From a bacterium (GTDB taxonomy: Bacteria; Auribacterota; UBA3054; JAPLST01): DNA of 64,000 nt. Of the stretch, positions 1 through 10,172 are shown piece after piece. The translations under genes and the position numbers were made by a program. Where the stretch lies: contig JAOACZ010000128.1 in assembly GCA_026417575.1 (NCBI GenBank), forward strand, positions 5,127-69,126, in the 5' to 3' direction. The notes beneath the pieces were generated by a model that was not told where the DNA came from, searched no databases, and worked only from the letters and a program-made list of their open reading frames with translations. How positions within the stretch are numbered: the first letter of the stretch is position 1; the number at the start of each line of letters is the position of its first letter.

Positions 1-350
1 ATAAGAAAGTTGGTCCAGAAGGGCACGATGGTGAGGAGTAAGAGCGCATTGCGCAGGCCCGGCGTCGCCCGCGCAATGTAGTATGCCATGGGAATAGACA
101 GCACCAGTGAGATTAAGGTGGCTGCCGCACTCAGCCAGATCGTGCGCCAGATAATTGCCGGGTAGTTGGGATTGGCCAGGTGGCGCAATGTCTCGAGTGT
201 CCAGCCTGGGCCGAGTCCGCCATACATGTCTGCTGGCTTAAAGGTCATGGCAAAGACGATCAACGTGGGAACACAGAATAAGACCGAGAGCCAAACAAAC
301 GATGGTGTGGTGACCAGAATTTCATGGAGAGTGCGGCGAGAGGGAGCCAT
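1..350 (-). CDS. potB: Spermidine/putrescine ABC transporter permease PotB. Only the 5' part lies in the window; the gene continues past coordinate 1.
   Basis: Minus-strand ATG at 350 gives MAPSRRTLHEILVTTPSFVWLSVLFCVPTLIVFAMTFKP...LLLLTIVPFWTNFL, a typical PotB N-terminus. The ATG lies immediately 3' of the potA stop. Confidence 0.7.
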   Translation of the reverse strand, partial: MAPSRRTLHEILVTTPSFVWLSVLFCVPTLIVFAMTFKPADMYGGLGPGWTLETLRHLANPNYPAIIWRTIWLSAAATLISLVLSIPMAYYIARATPGLRNALLLLTIVPFWTNFL

Positions 351-351
351 G

Positions 352-1536
352 TTATACCTCCGCTCGCGGCGGCGCTGGTACCGCGCCATTTTGGCCCACT
401 TCTTCGGGTGGAGTCTGGATCAGCAGTTCGTCAGCTTCGCTATAACGCTCGAGCATGTAGCCATCATCAGCGTGCCACCAAATCCAGACGTCATCTTTCC
501 AACGAATGGGTTGTTCGTCGAGGAGAAAGCGGCCATGTTGTTGCGAAATCGCCAGACGATATTCATCTACGCGCACCCAATACTTTGTGTGCGAGCCGAG
601 ATAGATAATGTCTTCCACATTCGCGGAGATGAGGTTATAGCGCCCGTCTAGCTGGGGGCGCTCGCGCGAGATACGGAACTTTTCTGGCCGCACACTGAGG
701 TAGACGAGGTCGTTGACCTTCATCTTTTTATCGTTGAAGCAGACCACAGAAGGGAATCCGTCAATCTGCATTAAAATGTAATCATCATTGATAATCTCGG
801 CTACGCGCCCCTCGAAGAAGTTGGTGTCGCCGATGAAGGCGGCTACAAAACTACTGCGCGGCGCTTCGTACACTTCTGCGGGGGTACCGAGCTGCTCAAT
901 GCGGCCCTGGTTCATCACGGCGATGCGATCACTCAAACTCATCGCTTCGCCTTGGTCGTGTGTGACGTAGAGGAAGGTGATACCGACCTGGTCGTGGATG
1001 AGATCGAGTTCGATCAGCATGCGCTGGCGCAGCTTGAGATCTAGCGCAGCCAGGGGCTCGTCGAGAAGAAGCACGCTGGGTTTGTTGATCAGGGCGCGGG
1101 CGATGGCAACACGTTGTTTCTGCCCGCCGCTAATCTGGTGGGGTTTTTTGTGGGCGTGTTCTTCCATTTGGATGAGCGCGAGCATGCGTTCTACTTCATT
1201 GAAAATTTCGCGGCGTGGCCGCTTGGCGACGCGCAGGCCAAAGGCAATGTTTTCCCAGACCGAGAGGTGGGGAAAGAGGGCGTAGTTTTGGAAGATGGTA
1301 TTGACCTGACGGCGATTGGGCGGGAGATCGGTGATATCTACGCCATCGAGATAGATTCGTCCCGTGTCGGGTATTTCGAAGCCGCCGAGCATGCGAAGCA
1401 GGGTGGTTTTGCCGCAACCACTCGGGCCGAGAAGTGAAAAGAATTCGCCACGGCGCACGCCCAGGGAGACATGATCCACGGCGCGTAAACGGCCAAAGGT
1501 TTTGGACACGTCAACAAATTCGAGGAACTCCGCCAT
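352..1536 (-). CDS. potA: Spermidine/putrescine import ATP-binding protein PotA
   Basis: 394-aa ORF with Walker A GPSGCGKTT, ABC signature SGGQKQRVAIARAL, Walker B LLLDEPLAALD and a C-terminal TOBE-like domain. Confidence 0.85.
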   Translation of the reverse strand: MAEFLEFVDVSKTFGRLRAVDHVSLGVRRGEFFSLLGPSGCGKTTLLRMLGGFEIPDTGRIYLDGVDITDLPPNRRQVNTIFQNYALFPHLSVWENIAFGLRVAKRPRREIFNEVERMLALIQMEEHAHKKPHQISGGQKQRVAIARALINKPSVLLLDEPLAALDLKLRQRMLIELDLIHDQVGITFLYVTHDQGEAMSLSDRIAVMNQGRIEQLGTPAEVYEAPRSSFVAAFIGDTNFFEGRVAEIINDDYILMQIDGFPSVVCFNDKKMKVNDLVYLSVRPEKFRISRERPQLDGRYNLISANVEDIIYLGSHTKYWVRVDEYRLAISQQHGRFLLDEQPIRWKDDVWIWWHADDGYMLERYSEADELLIQTPPEEVGQNGAVPAPPRAEV

Positions 1537-1564
1537 GTACGTGCTGCAGGTTCCGTACGGGTAC

Positions 1565-1656
<92 letters not shown>

Positions 1657-1706
1657 CGCCGTTCTGCGGGAGCGCCGCCGCGCCGGCGCCCACAGCCCAA
1701 AACACA

Positions 1707-1782
<76 letters not shown>

Positions 1783-1820
1783 ACGCGCGCTCGTCAAGCG
1801 TTGTCCACTACAAGAAATGC

Positions 1821-1849
1821 ATTGTAGCAAAAAGCGACGGTGCTGTCAA
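1821..1849 (-). promoter_or_regulatory. Sigma70-type promoter for the tRNA-Lys/tRNA-Ser transcription unit
   Basis: Minus strand reads TTGACA (1849-1844), a 17-nt spacer, then TACAAT (1826-1821), about 35 nt upstream of the tRNA-Lys 5' end. Confidence 0.6.
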
Positions 1850-2388
1850 AGTCCAAAAGTGCGTAGCTGGTGTTTTTTTGCCGTGAACCGATGAGCACTA
1901 GCGATGTGCGTACTGATAAGTTCCGTGGCGCTTTCCTCGAGCAGGCTTGAAGTGAAGCGTTCTTTAGTACTCCCACGTGCATGCTACCCGTGTTGAATCC
2001 GCGCAGTCCATGTTCCTCAGGCGAGACGGCGCGAGGCGTGGAAGGCAGTACATTACCTGAAACGCGTTCATTCGTATGGCACGGATGGACCATCACCGGC
2101 ATCGCTTGCTCACCCAGCTGGGCGAAGAGTTCGTCCGCCCAAGCGACGTGCTGGTGAAGATTTCAATCGGCTGGTGAAATAAACATGCGTTCGTGTTTGA
2201 GATTCGCGGGGGTGTAAGGTTGCGCACGGAAAAAAAGTGCGCCAACGCGCGGGTCGTTCCCAGCACCATTCAAGTGCGGGCACTGAGGTTCTGGAGACGG
2301 CTGGTGTGACTGCCGCGTGCTCTCCGCAGAGCTCGCTTCGAGAGTCTTGCCGCAGAAGCGCGCGGGTTCCGCTACATCTTGGGGGGAC

Positions 2389-2417
2389 TTGATTTTTGAA
2401 CCACAATGTGCTACACT
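2389..2417 (+). promoter_or_regulatory. Sigma70-type promoter (TTGATT-17-TACACT) about 230 nt upstream of xerD
   Basis: TTGATT at 2389-2394, 17-nt spacer, TACACT at 2412-2417, predicted TSS near 2424. Confidence 0.5.
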
Positions 2418-2537
2418 ATACGCACGATGGCGAGCGAGATGCGGCATCCTTAGATGGATACACGACAAACAGCAAGTCCCTCCTCCACAAACCGATATCC
2501 ATGGCCGCATCTCAACGCTCAACATCATTCAGCCACC

Positions 2538-2585
2538 GCGGCTGGGAACGTCACCCCCAGGACAAGTACCAGCCGCTTTTTATTT
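2538..2585 (+). terminator. Candidate intrinsic terminator or attenuator hairpin followed by a U-run
   Basis: GCGGCTGG (2538-2545) pairs perfectly with CCAGCCGC (2569-2576) around a 23-nt loop, followed directly by TTTTTATTT (2577-2585). It lies 60 nt upstream of the xerD ATG. Confidence 0.35.
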
Positions 2586-2645
2586 CTTCGTGACGCGCGC
2601 TACCGCGCTTCACGCTCATGACGTCTCGCAGGCGAGCGCTTTCGC

Positions 2646-3569
2646 ATGCCAACGCCCGCTCACGAAAATCCGCTCCACACCGCAGTTCGCCAGTTCGTCC
2701 TTCATCTTCAGCTCGAACGTGGGTTGGCGCGCAACACCTGCCTGGCTTACGAAAACGATGTGCGGCTCTTCGGCGCGTTTCTGGCCCGGCATGGTATCAA
2801 TGCCTGGCACGAGGTCACACCTGCACATATTACTGACTTTCTCACCGAGCGCCATGCTCTCCGGCGTAGCGTGAATACTGTTTTGCGCGAGTTAATTGCC
2901 TTGCGCGTGTTCTTCCGATATCTGGTGCAAGAGAGAACGGTTCAGGAGGACGTGACCGCACGCGTGGAAGCACCTAAAGTGTGGCGTCTATTGCCAGAGG
3001 TGCTGAGCGAAGGGGAGATGCAACAGCTTCTGACAGCGCCGGATGAGCGCACGTGGCGTGGAGCGCGAGACAAAGCCATGCTTGAGTTGTTGTACGCGAC
3101 GGGTCTGCGGGTGAGTGAACTTGTGACCCTACGACTAGGTGACGTGGATTTGGAGAGCGGATTCTTGCGGTGTCGCGGGAAAGGCGGAAAAGAGCGTGTG
3201 GTTCCGATTGGCGCGCCGGCACGTGCGGCGCTGCGAGCTTACCTGTCATGGCGCGGATCGGGAGCGGGAGCCGAACCCCTTTTTTGTACCTCACGGCATA
3301 CAGCCATGACGCGTGTGAACTTTTGGAAACGCATTACTCAGTATGCAAAAAGGGCTGGGATTCTCAAGGCCGCGCATCCACACATCGTGCGCCATTCCTT
3401 TGCCACGCACTTACTTATGCATGGCGCTGACTTACGCGTGGTACAGGAGCTTCTCGGGCACGCAAACATCACGACCACGCAACGATACACGCACGTGGAC
3501 CATCAACGTTTACGCGCTGTGCATCGCCAATTCCATCCCCGTGCGCGCTTGCCGCGCGGTGAGGTATGA
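2646..3569 (+). CDS. xerD: Site-specific tyrosine recombinase XerD (chromosome dimer resolution)
   Basis: 307 aa with near-identity to XerD over the catalytic domain: LLYATGLRVSELV, GKGGKERVVP, HxxRHSFATHLL, LLGHANITTTQRYTHV. Confidence 0.8.
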   Translation: MPTPAHENPLHTAVRQFVLHLQLERGLARNTCLAYENDVRLFGAFLARHGINAWHEVTPAHITDFLTERHALRRSVNTVLRELIALRVFFRYLVQERTVQEDVTARVEAPKVWRLLPEVLSEGEMQQLLTAPDERTWRGARDKAMLELLYATGLRVSELVTLRLGDVDLESGFLRCRGKGGKERVVPIGAPARAALRAYLSWRGSGAGAEPLFCTSRHTAMTRVNFWKRITQYAKRAGILKAAHPHIVRHSFATHLLMHGADLRVVQELLGHANITTTQRYTHVDHQRLRAVHRQFHPRARLPRGEV

Positions 3570-3679
3570 GGGAAAGGCAAGCCCTCGTCAGCGAGTGTTT
3601 TGACACAGATGCGAACGTCGGGACAATGCCTCGTGGCGAAATGAACATTTGTCGTGAGGGTGGGAAAGGTGCCTTGGAT

Positions 3680-4759
3680 TCATTGATTTTTGACGACGTC
3701 ACTGAACGTTCTCTTTTTCAGGCCGTGATGGGCGACGGGGTCGGAAGCAAGAGGAACGCGTGTTGCAGCTACCATGGCCACCACGTTAGCAGGTTGCGTG
3801 TTTGGGAGCATGGCTTTGTGGCTGGGACCCACAATGATGCGTTCAGCACACGCACGCCGGAGCTCGCGCAGCGCTGCCGTGACCTCGGCAGATGTGGAAT
3901 GAACCAGCAGATCCTGCGTGTCCACCCCGCCCATAAAGACAAGCCGCGAGCCAAAGCGGGCGGCCTGGTCGGCGGGAACCATCCCCTTGGCACGTGTTAG
4001 CATGTGACGCTGGCAATCCACACCAGCTGCAGTCGGCTCGTCAATGTGTTCGCTGATAGCGCCGCATGAGTGCGGGGCTAAGACATACCCGTGCGCGTGT
4101 GCTTGTGCGGCAAATCGCGCATTCCAGGGGCGGAAGAAGGCGCGAAACACCGCGGGTGACATTAATAACCCAGTTTGCGTGCCGAAATCATTGCCCATGA
4201 AGCTGGCATCCATGCGCACCAGCTGCGCGATAGAACAGTTCGTTGACATCGCAGTAGAAACTGCACATTCGCTCGAGCGCCGCGTTCACCACGTCTGGCG
4301 CGAGGAGGAGCAAGGAGAGCAAATCTTCCGTGCCAAACAAATAGCACAGGTCATGAAAGAACGGTGTCCAGAGGCCACTCATGCGATAGTAGGGCCCGCA
4401 GGCGTCGAGGTGGGCAGGCGTCTCGTTAAAGTCGAGGTAACGAGCGTCAGGGAACGGCAGGTATCAACATCACCACGGTAGCGGGCAAAAGCCCTTTGCG
4501 CGCTAAGCCGTGGGAGGGTAGCTTCTCACCAGGGGCGCATGCTCATACCGGCGGGGTGGCTATACGTGGAAGCAAAGTGCTGCGGGCCGATCCAGCACAC
4601 GTTATCGCCCAGAAATTGCAGAAGTTCTTCGAGCGAGGTGCTGCCGAGCACGGTATGAAGCGTGGCTTGGATTTCTTGGGGAGGGCACCCGAGCCAGAAA
4701 GCGCAACGCTCCACCGGCACGCCAGCGATGAGGGCGTGCACGCGCGCACGGGGCGTCAC
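3680..4759 (-). pseudogene. Uroporphyrinogen-decarboxylase (URO-D/MtaA) family gene broken by frameshifts
   Basis: Three consecutive minus-strand pieces in different frames (4759-4526, 4382-4188, 4249-3680) each match successive parts of a URO-D family protein. The last piece carries FMGNDFGTQTGLLMSPAVF...LVFMGGVDTQDLL. Combined length is about 360 aa. Confidence 0.6.
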
Positions 4760-4801
4760 GCGAGTCCTCCTACCGAGCCCCGCTGCAGCGCGGAGATTTC
4801 C

Positions 4802-5691
4802 TCACGCCAGTGACAGGAGGGGATCGTGTCGGGCTTGGTGAGCGAGAGCGTAGCCGCCGCGTGCTCGAGGCGCAATGCCGCCGCCAACTCCATGCTTTCC
4901 GCAAGACCACCCCGATAGGCCGCCGGTAAACGCATCGCCAGCACCCACGGTATCTACCGCGATCAGGGGCCAGGTCGGCACGCTCACCGGCAACATGGAC
5001 ATGCTCTTGTAGCCACAACGGCCTGCCGCGTCTTGTGTGGTAACCACCGCCCGGCATCCAAGCGCCTGCAAGCGCCGCATCGCGGTCACCAAATCATCCC
5101 CCGACATACCCGCGCACACTACTGTTTCCGTTTCGTTCGGCGTGATGATATGAGCGCATGACAGATCACAAGTGGAGAGATCATGAGCAGGTGCAGGATT
5201 AAAGATCGTTTGCGCGCCGCACACCTCACCTAAACGCATTGCTGCCAGTGCGGCTCGAGATGAGTGTCAAGCTGCGTGATGATGACCACAGCATGCTCAA
5301 ACAGCTCACGCTGCGCCGCCAGATCATCCGGTGTCAGCGCACTATTTGCGCCCGATGACGGCAATGGGATTGTGCCGTTCGGTGTCCACGATGATGAAGC
5401 CCACACCAGTAGGTAAGTCTGCATGACGTTGCACGCCGCGAGTGGCTATACCTTCGTCGGCCATCAAGCGAAGCATGGCGTCCCCGTAGGCATCGTTGCC
5501 TACCGCGGCAATAATGCAGTGGATGCGCCCAGACGTGCTGCTTGTGAAGCCTGGTTAGATCACTTGCCGCCAAGCACGGCGCGAAATGAATTTCCAATAA
5601 CGGTTTTGCCGCTCACCGGCAGGCGTGGTATTTGGATGACTAGGTCCGTTGCATAGCTGCCCACGACGAGGATGCGTGCAGAAGAGGACAT
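4802..5691 (-). pseudogene. PfkB/ribokinase-family sugar kinase gene with an in-frame stop and frameshifts
   Basis: N-terminal piece MSSSARILVVGSYATDLVIQIPRLPVSGKTVIGNSFRAVLGGK runs into TGA. A second frame continues IIAAVGNDAYGDAMLRLMADEGIATRGVQRH. The C-terminal piece at 4802-5239 carries the PfkB signature AVDTVGAGDAF. Confidence 0.65.
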
Positions 5692-5866
5692 AAAGCAGCT
5701 CATTTACAGCTTACTGCAGCGCACGGGAAAGCTCACTCCAGTTGCTTAGCATGCGCGTTACCCAGCGCATGTGAGCGGAGGACAGGGCGGGAGACAACGG
5801 CATCAAGATCGCCGAGCGGCTGCGCAGGCGCCATATACTCCCGCCGCTGCCGGTGCGTCGCACACA

Positions 5867-8800
5867 TCAGCGTAACTCCACGTCCACGCGGGCCACCTCA
5901 CCTGTGCGCAAGCGCAGAGCAAGCTCAGTTGGTAGCCAGGGGCCCGCCACCGTGCAGGTGCTACCGTCGCGCATGCGGACGTGATACGTTGCCGGCGTAA
6001 CGGCGCGGGGCCCGAAAGTCGCGCGTCGTTGCGGATTGTGATAGACGAGGAGCGTGCCACCCAGAATGACGAACGCGCAGGCGTGCGCAGGAATCGTCAC
6101 CGTTTGCCTGCCCTCTAACGATTCCCACGTGCGCGTGACGGCGCGCCGCGTAAACAATTCCGCAGGAAGAATCGGTTGGAAACGCGCACGCAGCGCCCCT
6201 TGTGCGTCCAGAGAAAATATCCGCGCCGCGCCGCTCAGCTCTAACCACATACTGATGAACTCTACCGTTGCCCCGCTCAAGCGCGCGTAGAAACCGGTAC
6301 CATGAATGCGCCGATCTTCGTGCGCACTGCTGGCGATGAACGACGCATGCTCAAGCGGACTACGCCCGTAGCGCTGCGGCGGCTGGTAGGGCACAAGCGC
6401 GTCACGCGCCACAGCAAAAAATTGCTCGTATAGACCAGCGCGGAGCAGTGCAAAGAAATACTTGTACTCCATGTGCATCCACACGGATTGATTTTCGAGC
6501 CAGCCGGGCGGAAAGATATTTGCGCGGCCGATCTCCTGTGTGATCCGCGCCAACGGCGCGTTGAGCACGAACATGCGCAAGGTGCGGTCGTAGAGCGGGC
6601 TGCGAAGCACAGCTCGATGCAGCGCACGTGCTGCCGCGGGTCCCTCCAGCACATACATTACGCGCACCTGCGGCTCAAGAAACGGCGGCAAGGTTACGCG
6701 CGTGAACGACTCAGGCCAGACACACGGATGCCCGTCATGCCGACGCGGCGCACCGTCTGGGCCAGGGAGGACGCGGTACTGCGTCACGTTATAGAAAAAA
6801 TATCCGTGGTACAAGCCAGTGCGCTCGTCTCGGGCGCGGCGAATGGCACTCTGCAGCACCGTTTCCCACATTGCAAGCGTTTCTTGCAATTCATCCATGG
6901 TAATCGTTGTCGTCGCGCCGTCAACGCCGAGCCGCGTGTCAGTCAAGTAACGCTCCAGAGCGTCGTTACGCGCATGCCAGCGCGCGAGCGCTGTAGCGGA
7001 CGCATCCCACGAGGCTCTGAGATCGCGCACCAACTCTGCCAGTTCCACGCAACAGCTAATTCCACCGTGCGCCGGCAGGTGCGCGTGCAAAAACCGCACC
7101 AAGCGGAGTAATTCAGCCGTCTCGTTAATTGAAGAGCCGATAAGCCCCGGGAGGCCATTGAGGGCGTCGTTCCACCCCGGCCTGTTGCCACGCATTTCCA
7201 GCCCAAGTTCTTCAGGATCAAGCAAAGCCATCTTCACCGCTACCACGGAGAGAATCTTCTCGGACAACGTGGTGCGGTAGACCACGCCCTTGCCGTGCTC
7301 GGTGCGGACGCATGTCGGATCGTCTCGCCGCGCTGCAATTAACGCAGCTTTCTCAGGGTCGCGGGTGAGGGCATTGTGTTGGCGCACCACGCCACGCGCT
7401 TCGTCCAGGGTAAACCGCGTGTCGCGCGGCAGCATTATTTCGGGATTATCGTGATACGTATAGCTGCAGTCTTTAAAGAGAGCTGCAGCGGCGTGATCAG
7501 GATACACGGCGAGGTAATTTTCGAGTAAATCGAGGCAGTAGACCCAATGGTCAGACCAGTAGCCGTCGCTCCCTCCGAAGCGATCCACGCGGCGTGCGTG
7601 CGCCAGTAGGGTTGCAAGGACCTGCGGCGGGGGAAGTTTCTCTTGTAGCGCTGCGCGGGCGAGCTCCCCTGGTGTCGTGAGTGCGCCGGCAAATTTTGTT
7701 GCAAGTGTGCGGAGCTGCGCAGGCAGCGCACGTGTAGGCAGATCTATTGGGAGCGCGAACGCGGTGCCAAGGTAGACCAACGGATTGTTGCCATCCAGCT
7801 GGAGCGCGTTAAAAAATGTGCGCACGTTGGTCAATTCCACCGGCGGATGAAAGAGCACATCAGCGCGGCGATTCTGATTGATGTCGCGATAATTCGCATT
7901 GCCCTGAGAGTAATAGGCTGGCTCGAGCGCGAACCAGTTGTAATCGCGTTCCATGTCGCCATGCTTGCGAAAATAGAGATGAAAAATTTGCCGCCCCAGT
8001 GACACAGGGAGGCCACCACGCAGGACATTATCCAAATATGTTTGGCGGCAGTAATAGTCGAAGGTTGGCTGGGATGTCACCGTCCACATGCGGTCTTCAA
8101 TTTGGGCGATCAGACGCGCATTTTCGTCGCGCTTTTTGGCAAGCCAGTCTGGTTTTGCGAGCAGGGTCCGCAACCGTGTTACGTCGCGCGGCGCAGCGAC
8201 ATTGCCAACACAACTGAACCAGGTGCAACTGCTTCCTGCAGGCAGGTTCCGCGCAAAGCAAGCAAACGCACATGGCATAAACCCACGCGAGCGGAGAGCT
8301 CCGCGCCGCACCCGCCCATCGCGTGCCACCCAGGCTTGCGGCATATGCAGATCTCCGCCCTCATCGAAAATCTCGCGCGGATCGCCAATCATCTGCACCT
8401 GCGGTTGCCCCGCGCCCGTCACCACCGTGGTCAAGTAGTTAAAGGTTGTGTTGAAATCCGGCGTGACGGTGTCATAGTGAATGACGCGTGCGCGACTCAC
8501 CAGTACTCCCGGCGCTGGCGTGAGCGTCTCAATCACCCCAGCCTCCGTGTTGCTCATGTGCACATAGTCAGCCACGCACACACTGCCGGGGACAAAGCGC
8601 GCCACACCGTCCGCAATACGTACCAGCCGTGCTCGCCGGCTCGTGTTGGTAAGTGTCACCCAGCGCACCAGGGCGCCCCACGGCATTTGCGGCAGGGTAA
8701 AGTAAAGCACATGCACCCGCCACCCTAGCGACGGGTTGTCATCTTCAATCTCCAGCTCATGTGCGCGCACCCACAGGGTCTGTCGCGCTCCTTTCGCTCC

Positions 8801-9130
8801 CACGCGGAAAGGCTCATACACCTCGCCCGCGCTCCAAATGAACGTGCGGAACCCTTCCACACTCACACGCTGGTACGCTGTGTTGGCCGGATGATATGCC
8901 AAAATCGCTCCGTCTTTGTCGCGTGTCCCACAACTAGTAATCGCCTGACCGCGATTGCAATAGAAGACCCACATGGGAATGCCGTGCTCGCCTGCAATGC
9001 CGGGAAGGAAACTGGCAAATGGCCGTGCCTGGTGGTAGTTGTGTTGGACAAATGTGCCGTCCTGAAGCAGCGCCGAGTGGAACGTCGTCGCACCGGGTTT
9101 CATGGAGAAGAGAATAATCGCTGTGAACAA
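5867..9130 (-). CDS. Large cytoplasmic glycoside phosphorylase/hydrolase of the cellobiose-phosphorylase (GH94-like, six-hairpin) superfamily
   Basis: 1087 aa. Motifs YRDINQNRRADVLFHP and GWNDALNGLPG resemble the GH94 RDSNQD and ADWND catalytic regions. The true start may be the ATG at 9103 rather than the TTG at 9130. Confidence 0.5.
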   Translation of the reverse strand: MFTAIILFSMKPGATTFHSALLQDGTFVQHNYHQARPFASFLPGIAGEHGIPMWVFYCNRGQAITSCGTRDKDGAILAYHPANTAYQRVSVEGFRTFIWSAGEVYEPFRVGAKGARQTLWVRAHELEIEDDNPSLGWRVHVLYFTLPQMPWGALVRWVTLTNTSRRARLVRIADGVARFVPGSVCVADYVHMSNTEAGVIETLTPAPGVLVSRARVIHYDTVTPDFNTTFNYLTTVVTGAGQPQVQMIGDPREIFDEGGDLHMPQAWVARDGRVRRGALRSRGFMPCAFACFARNLPAGSSCTWFSCVGNVAAPRDVTRLRTLLAKPDWLAKKRDENARLIAQIEDRMWTVTSQPTFDYYCRQTYLDNVLRGGLPVSLGRQIFHLYFRKHGDMERDYNWFALEPAYYSQGNANYRDINQNRRADVLFHPPVELTNVRTFFNALQLDGNNPLVYLGTAFALPIDLPTRALPAQLRTLATKFAGALTTPGELARAALQEKLPPPQVLATLLAHARRVDRFGGSDGYWSDHWVYCLDLLENYLAVYPDHAAAALFKDCSYTYHDNPEIMLPRDTRFTLDEARGVVRQHNALTRDPEKAALIAARRDDPTCVRTEHGKGVVYRTTLSEKILSVVAVKMALLDPEELGLEMRGNRPGWNDALNGLPGLIGSSINETAELLRLVRFLHAHLPAHGGISCCVELAELVRDLRASWDASATALARWHARNDALERYLTDTRLGVDGATTTITMDELQETLAMWETVLQSAIRRARDERTGLYHGYFFYNVTQYRVLPGPDGAPRRHDGHPCVWPESFTRVTLPPFLEPQVRVMYVLEGPAAARALHRAVLRSPLYDRTLRMFVLNAPLARITQEIGRANIFPPGWLENQSVWMHMEYKYFFALLRAGLYEQFFAVARDALVPYQPPQRYGRSPLEHASFIASSAHEDRRIHGTGFYARLSGATVEFISMWLELSGAARIFSLDAQGALRARFQPILPAELFTRRAVTRTWESLEGRQTVTIPAHACAFVILGGTLLVYHNPQRRATFGPRAVTPATYHVRMRDGSTCTVAGPWLPTELALRLRTGEVARVDVELR

Positions 9131-9199
9131 CGCCTTTTGGTTACATGACGCTTGGGCTGCGCTGCCAACGTGCGTGTGGGTGACGCAGCGAAATAGCTA

Positions 9200-9228
9200 A
9201 GTATAGTCCTTCCTGTCGTACAAGTCAA
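9200..9228 (-). promoter_or_regulatory. Sigma70-type promoter for the GH94-like gene
   Basis: Minus strand reads TTGACT (9228-9223), a 17-nt spacer, then TATACT (9205-9200). Confidence 0.5.
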
Positions 9229-9373
9229 AAGGAGCGCGAACCACTAGGTCGGGCACGGTTGATTTCGCCACCGCAGCGACGGAAGTGATACAGCGCCACG
9301 AACATAAGCCCGCCGGGCCGGCATTCTCTCACAGGTGCAATACGTAAAAGCAGCCGTCACTGTGCGCAGTCAT

Positions 9374-9402
9374 TTGACGAAGTGCGATGAGTGTGATATA
9401 CT
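9374..9402 (+). promoter_or_regulatory. Sigma70-type promoter for the MBL-fold hydrolase/CryPro gene pair
   Basis: TTGACG (9374-9379), 17-nt spacer, then TATACT (9397-9402) preceded by TGTGA. It sits about 40 nt upstream of the ATG at 9444. Confidence 0.55.
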
Positions 9403-9443
9403 AGACTGGACAGTTACCATACTTACCCCACGAGTGTCCGACG

Positions 9444-10172
9444 ATGGATCGTTTCTTTTGGCTCGCTCCATGTGCTCTGCTTCCCTTTAGTGCCAACGCC
9501 GCAGCACCCTTCCCCAGCGATGACATCACCACATCAGTAGGTGTGGTGCGCATTTCGTTCCTGGGGCACGGCACCCTCATGCTCACGCATGGTCAAACGG
9601 TCATCCACGTGGATCCGTTTGGGCAGGTGGCTGATTACGCGTCGTTGCCCAAAGCCGATCTTATTCTCATTACACACGAACATTTCGACCATCTCGATCT
9701 GGCCGCAATCAAGAAAATTCGTACCGACAAAACGGCCATCATTGCTCCACCCATCTGTGCGAGCAGCCTGCCTGAAGCAATCCTGCTGCGCAACGGCGAG
9801 CACACCACCAAAGCCGGTATTGTCATCCACGCCGTGCCGGCGTACAACATCAAGCATGAACGTGCGCCTGGCAAACCGTTCCACCCACGCGGCGTGGGGA
9901 ACGGCTACATCCTCACCTTTGGTGACACTCGTCTTTACATCGCCGGTGATACGGAAAACACACCCGAAATGAAAGCTCTGACCAACATCACGGTCGCTTT
10001 TCTCCCAATGAACTTACCCTACACGATGACACCCGAAATGGTTGCCGACGCGGCGCGGGCATTCAAGCCAAAAATTCTCTATCCATATCATTACGGCGAT
10101 ACAGATCCAACACGGCTGACAAAGCTGCTGAAAGACACGGGCATTGAGGTGCGGATTCGCCCGATGCGATGA
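9444..10172 (+). CDS. Secreted MBL-fold metallo-hydrolase
   Basis: 242 aa with an N-terminal signal peptide (MDRFFWLAPCALLPFSANAAAP) and the metallo-beta-lactamase motif HEHFDHLD. Confidence 0.7.
   Translation: MDRFFWLAPCALLPFSANAAAPFPSDDITTSVGVVRISFLGHGTLMLTHGQTVIHVDPFGQVADYASLPKADLILITHEHFDHLDLAAIKKIRTDKTAIIAPPICASSLPEAILLRNGEHTTKAGIVIHAVPAYNIKHERAPGKPFHPRGVGNGYILTFGDTRLYIAGDTENTPEMKALTNITVAFLPMNLPYTMTPEMVADAARAFKPKILYPYHYGDTDPTRLTKLLKDTGIEVRIRPMR

Noticed and set aside
1860-2380. Looked for a structured RNA gene (RNase P, SRP, tmRNA, 6S) in the long tRNA-xerD spacer
   Set aside because: No signature motif (for example AGGAAGCAGC of SRP, the tmRNA tRNA-like 3' end, or AGUCCGG of RNase P) was found by inspection. 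Only the promoter/terminator pair at 2389-2585 is reported.
2445-2650. Small + strand ORF (MDTRQTASPSSTNRYPWPHLNAQHHSATAAGNV...) inside the candidate sRNA/attenuator
   Set aside because: No RBS, Ser/Thr/Pro low-complexity product, and it runs through the terminator-like hairpin. More likely non-coding.
2646-3569. Possibility that the tyrosine recombinase next to the tRNA genes is a phage or island integrase
   Set aside because: The sequence is near-identical in motif content to chromosomal XerD, at XerD length of 307 aa. No attachment-site repeat of the tRNA 3' ends was seen, and there is no phage or transposase gene nearby. The adjacent pseudogenes are metabolic genes.
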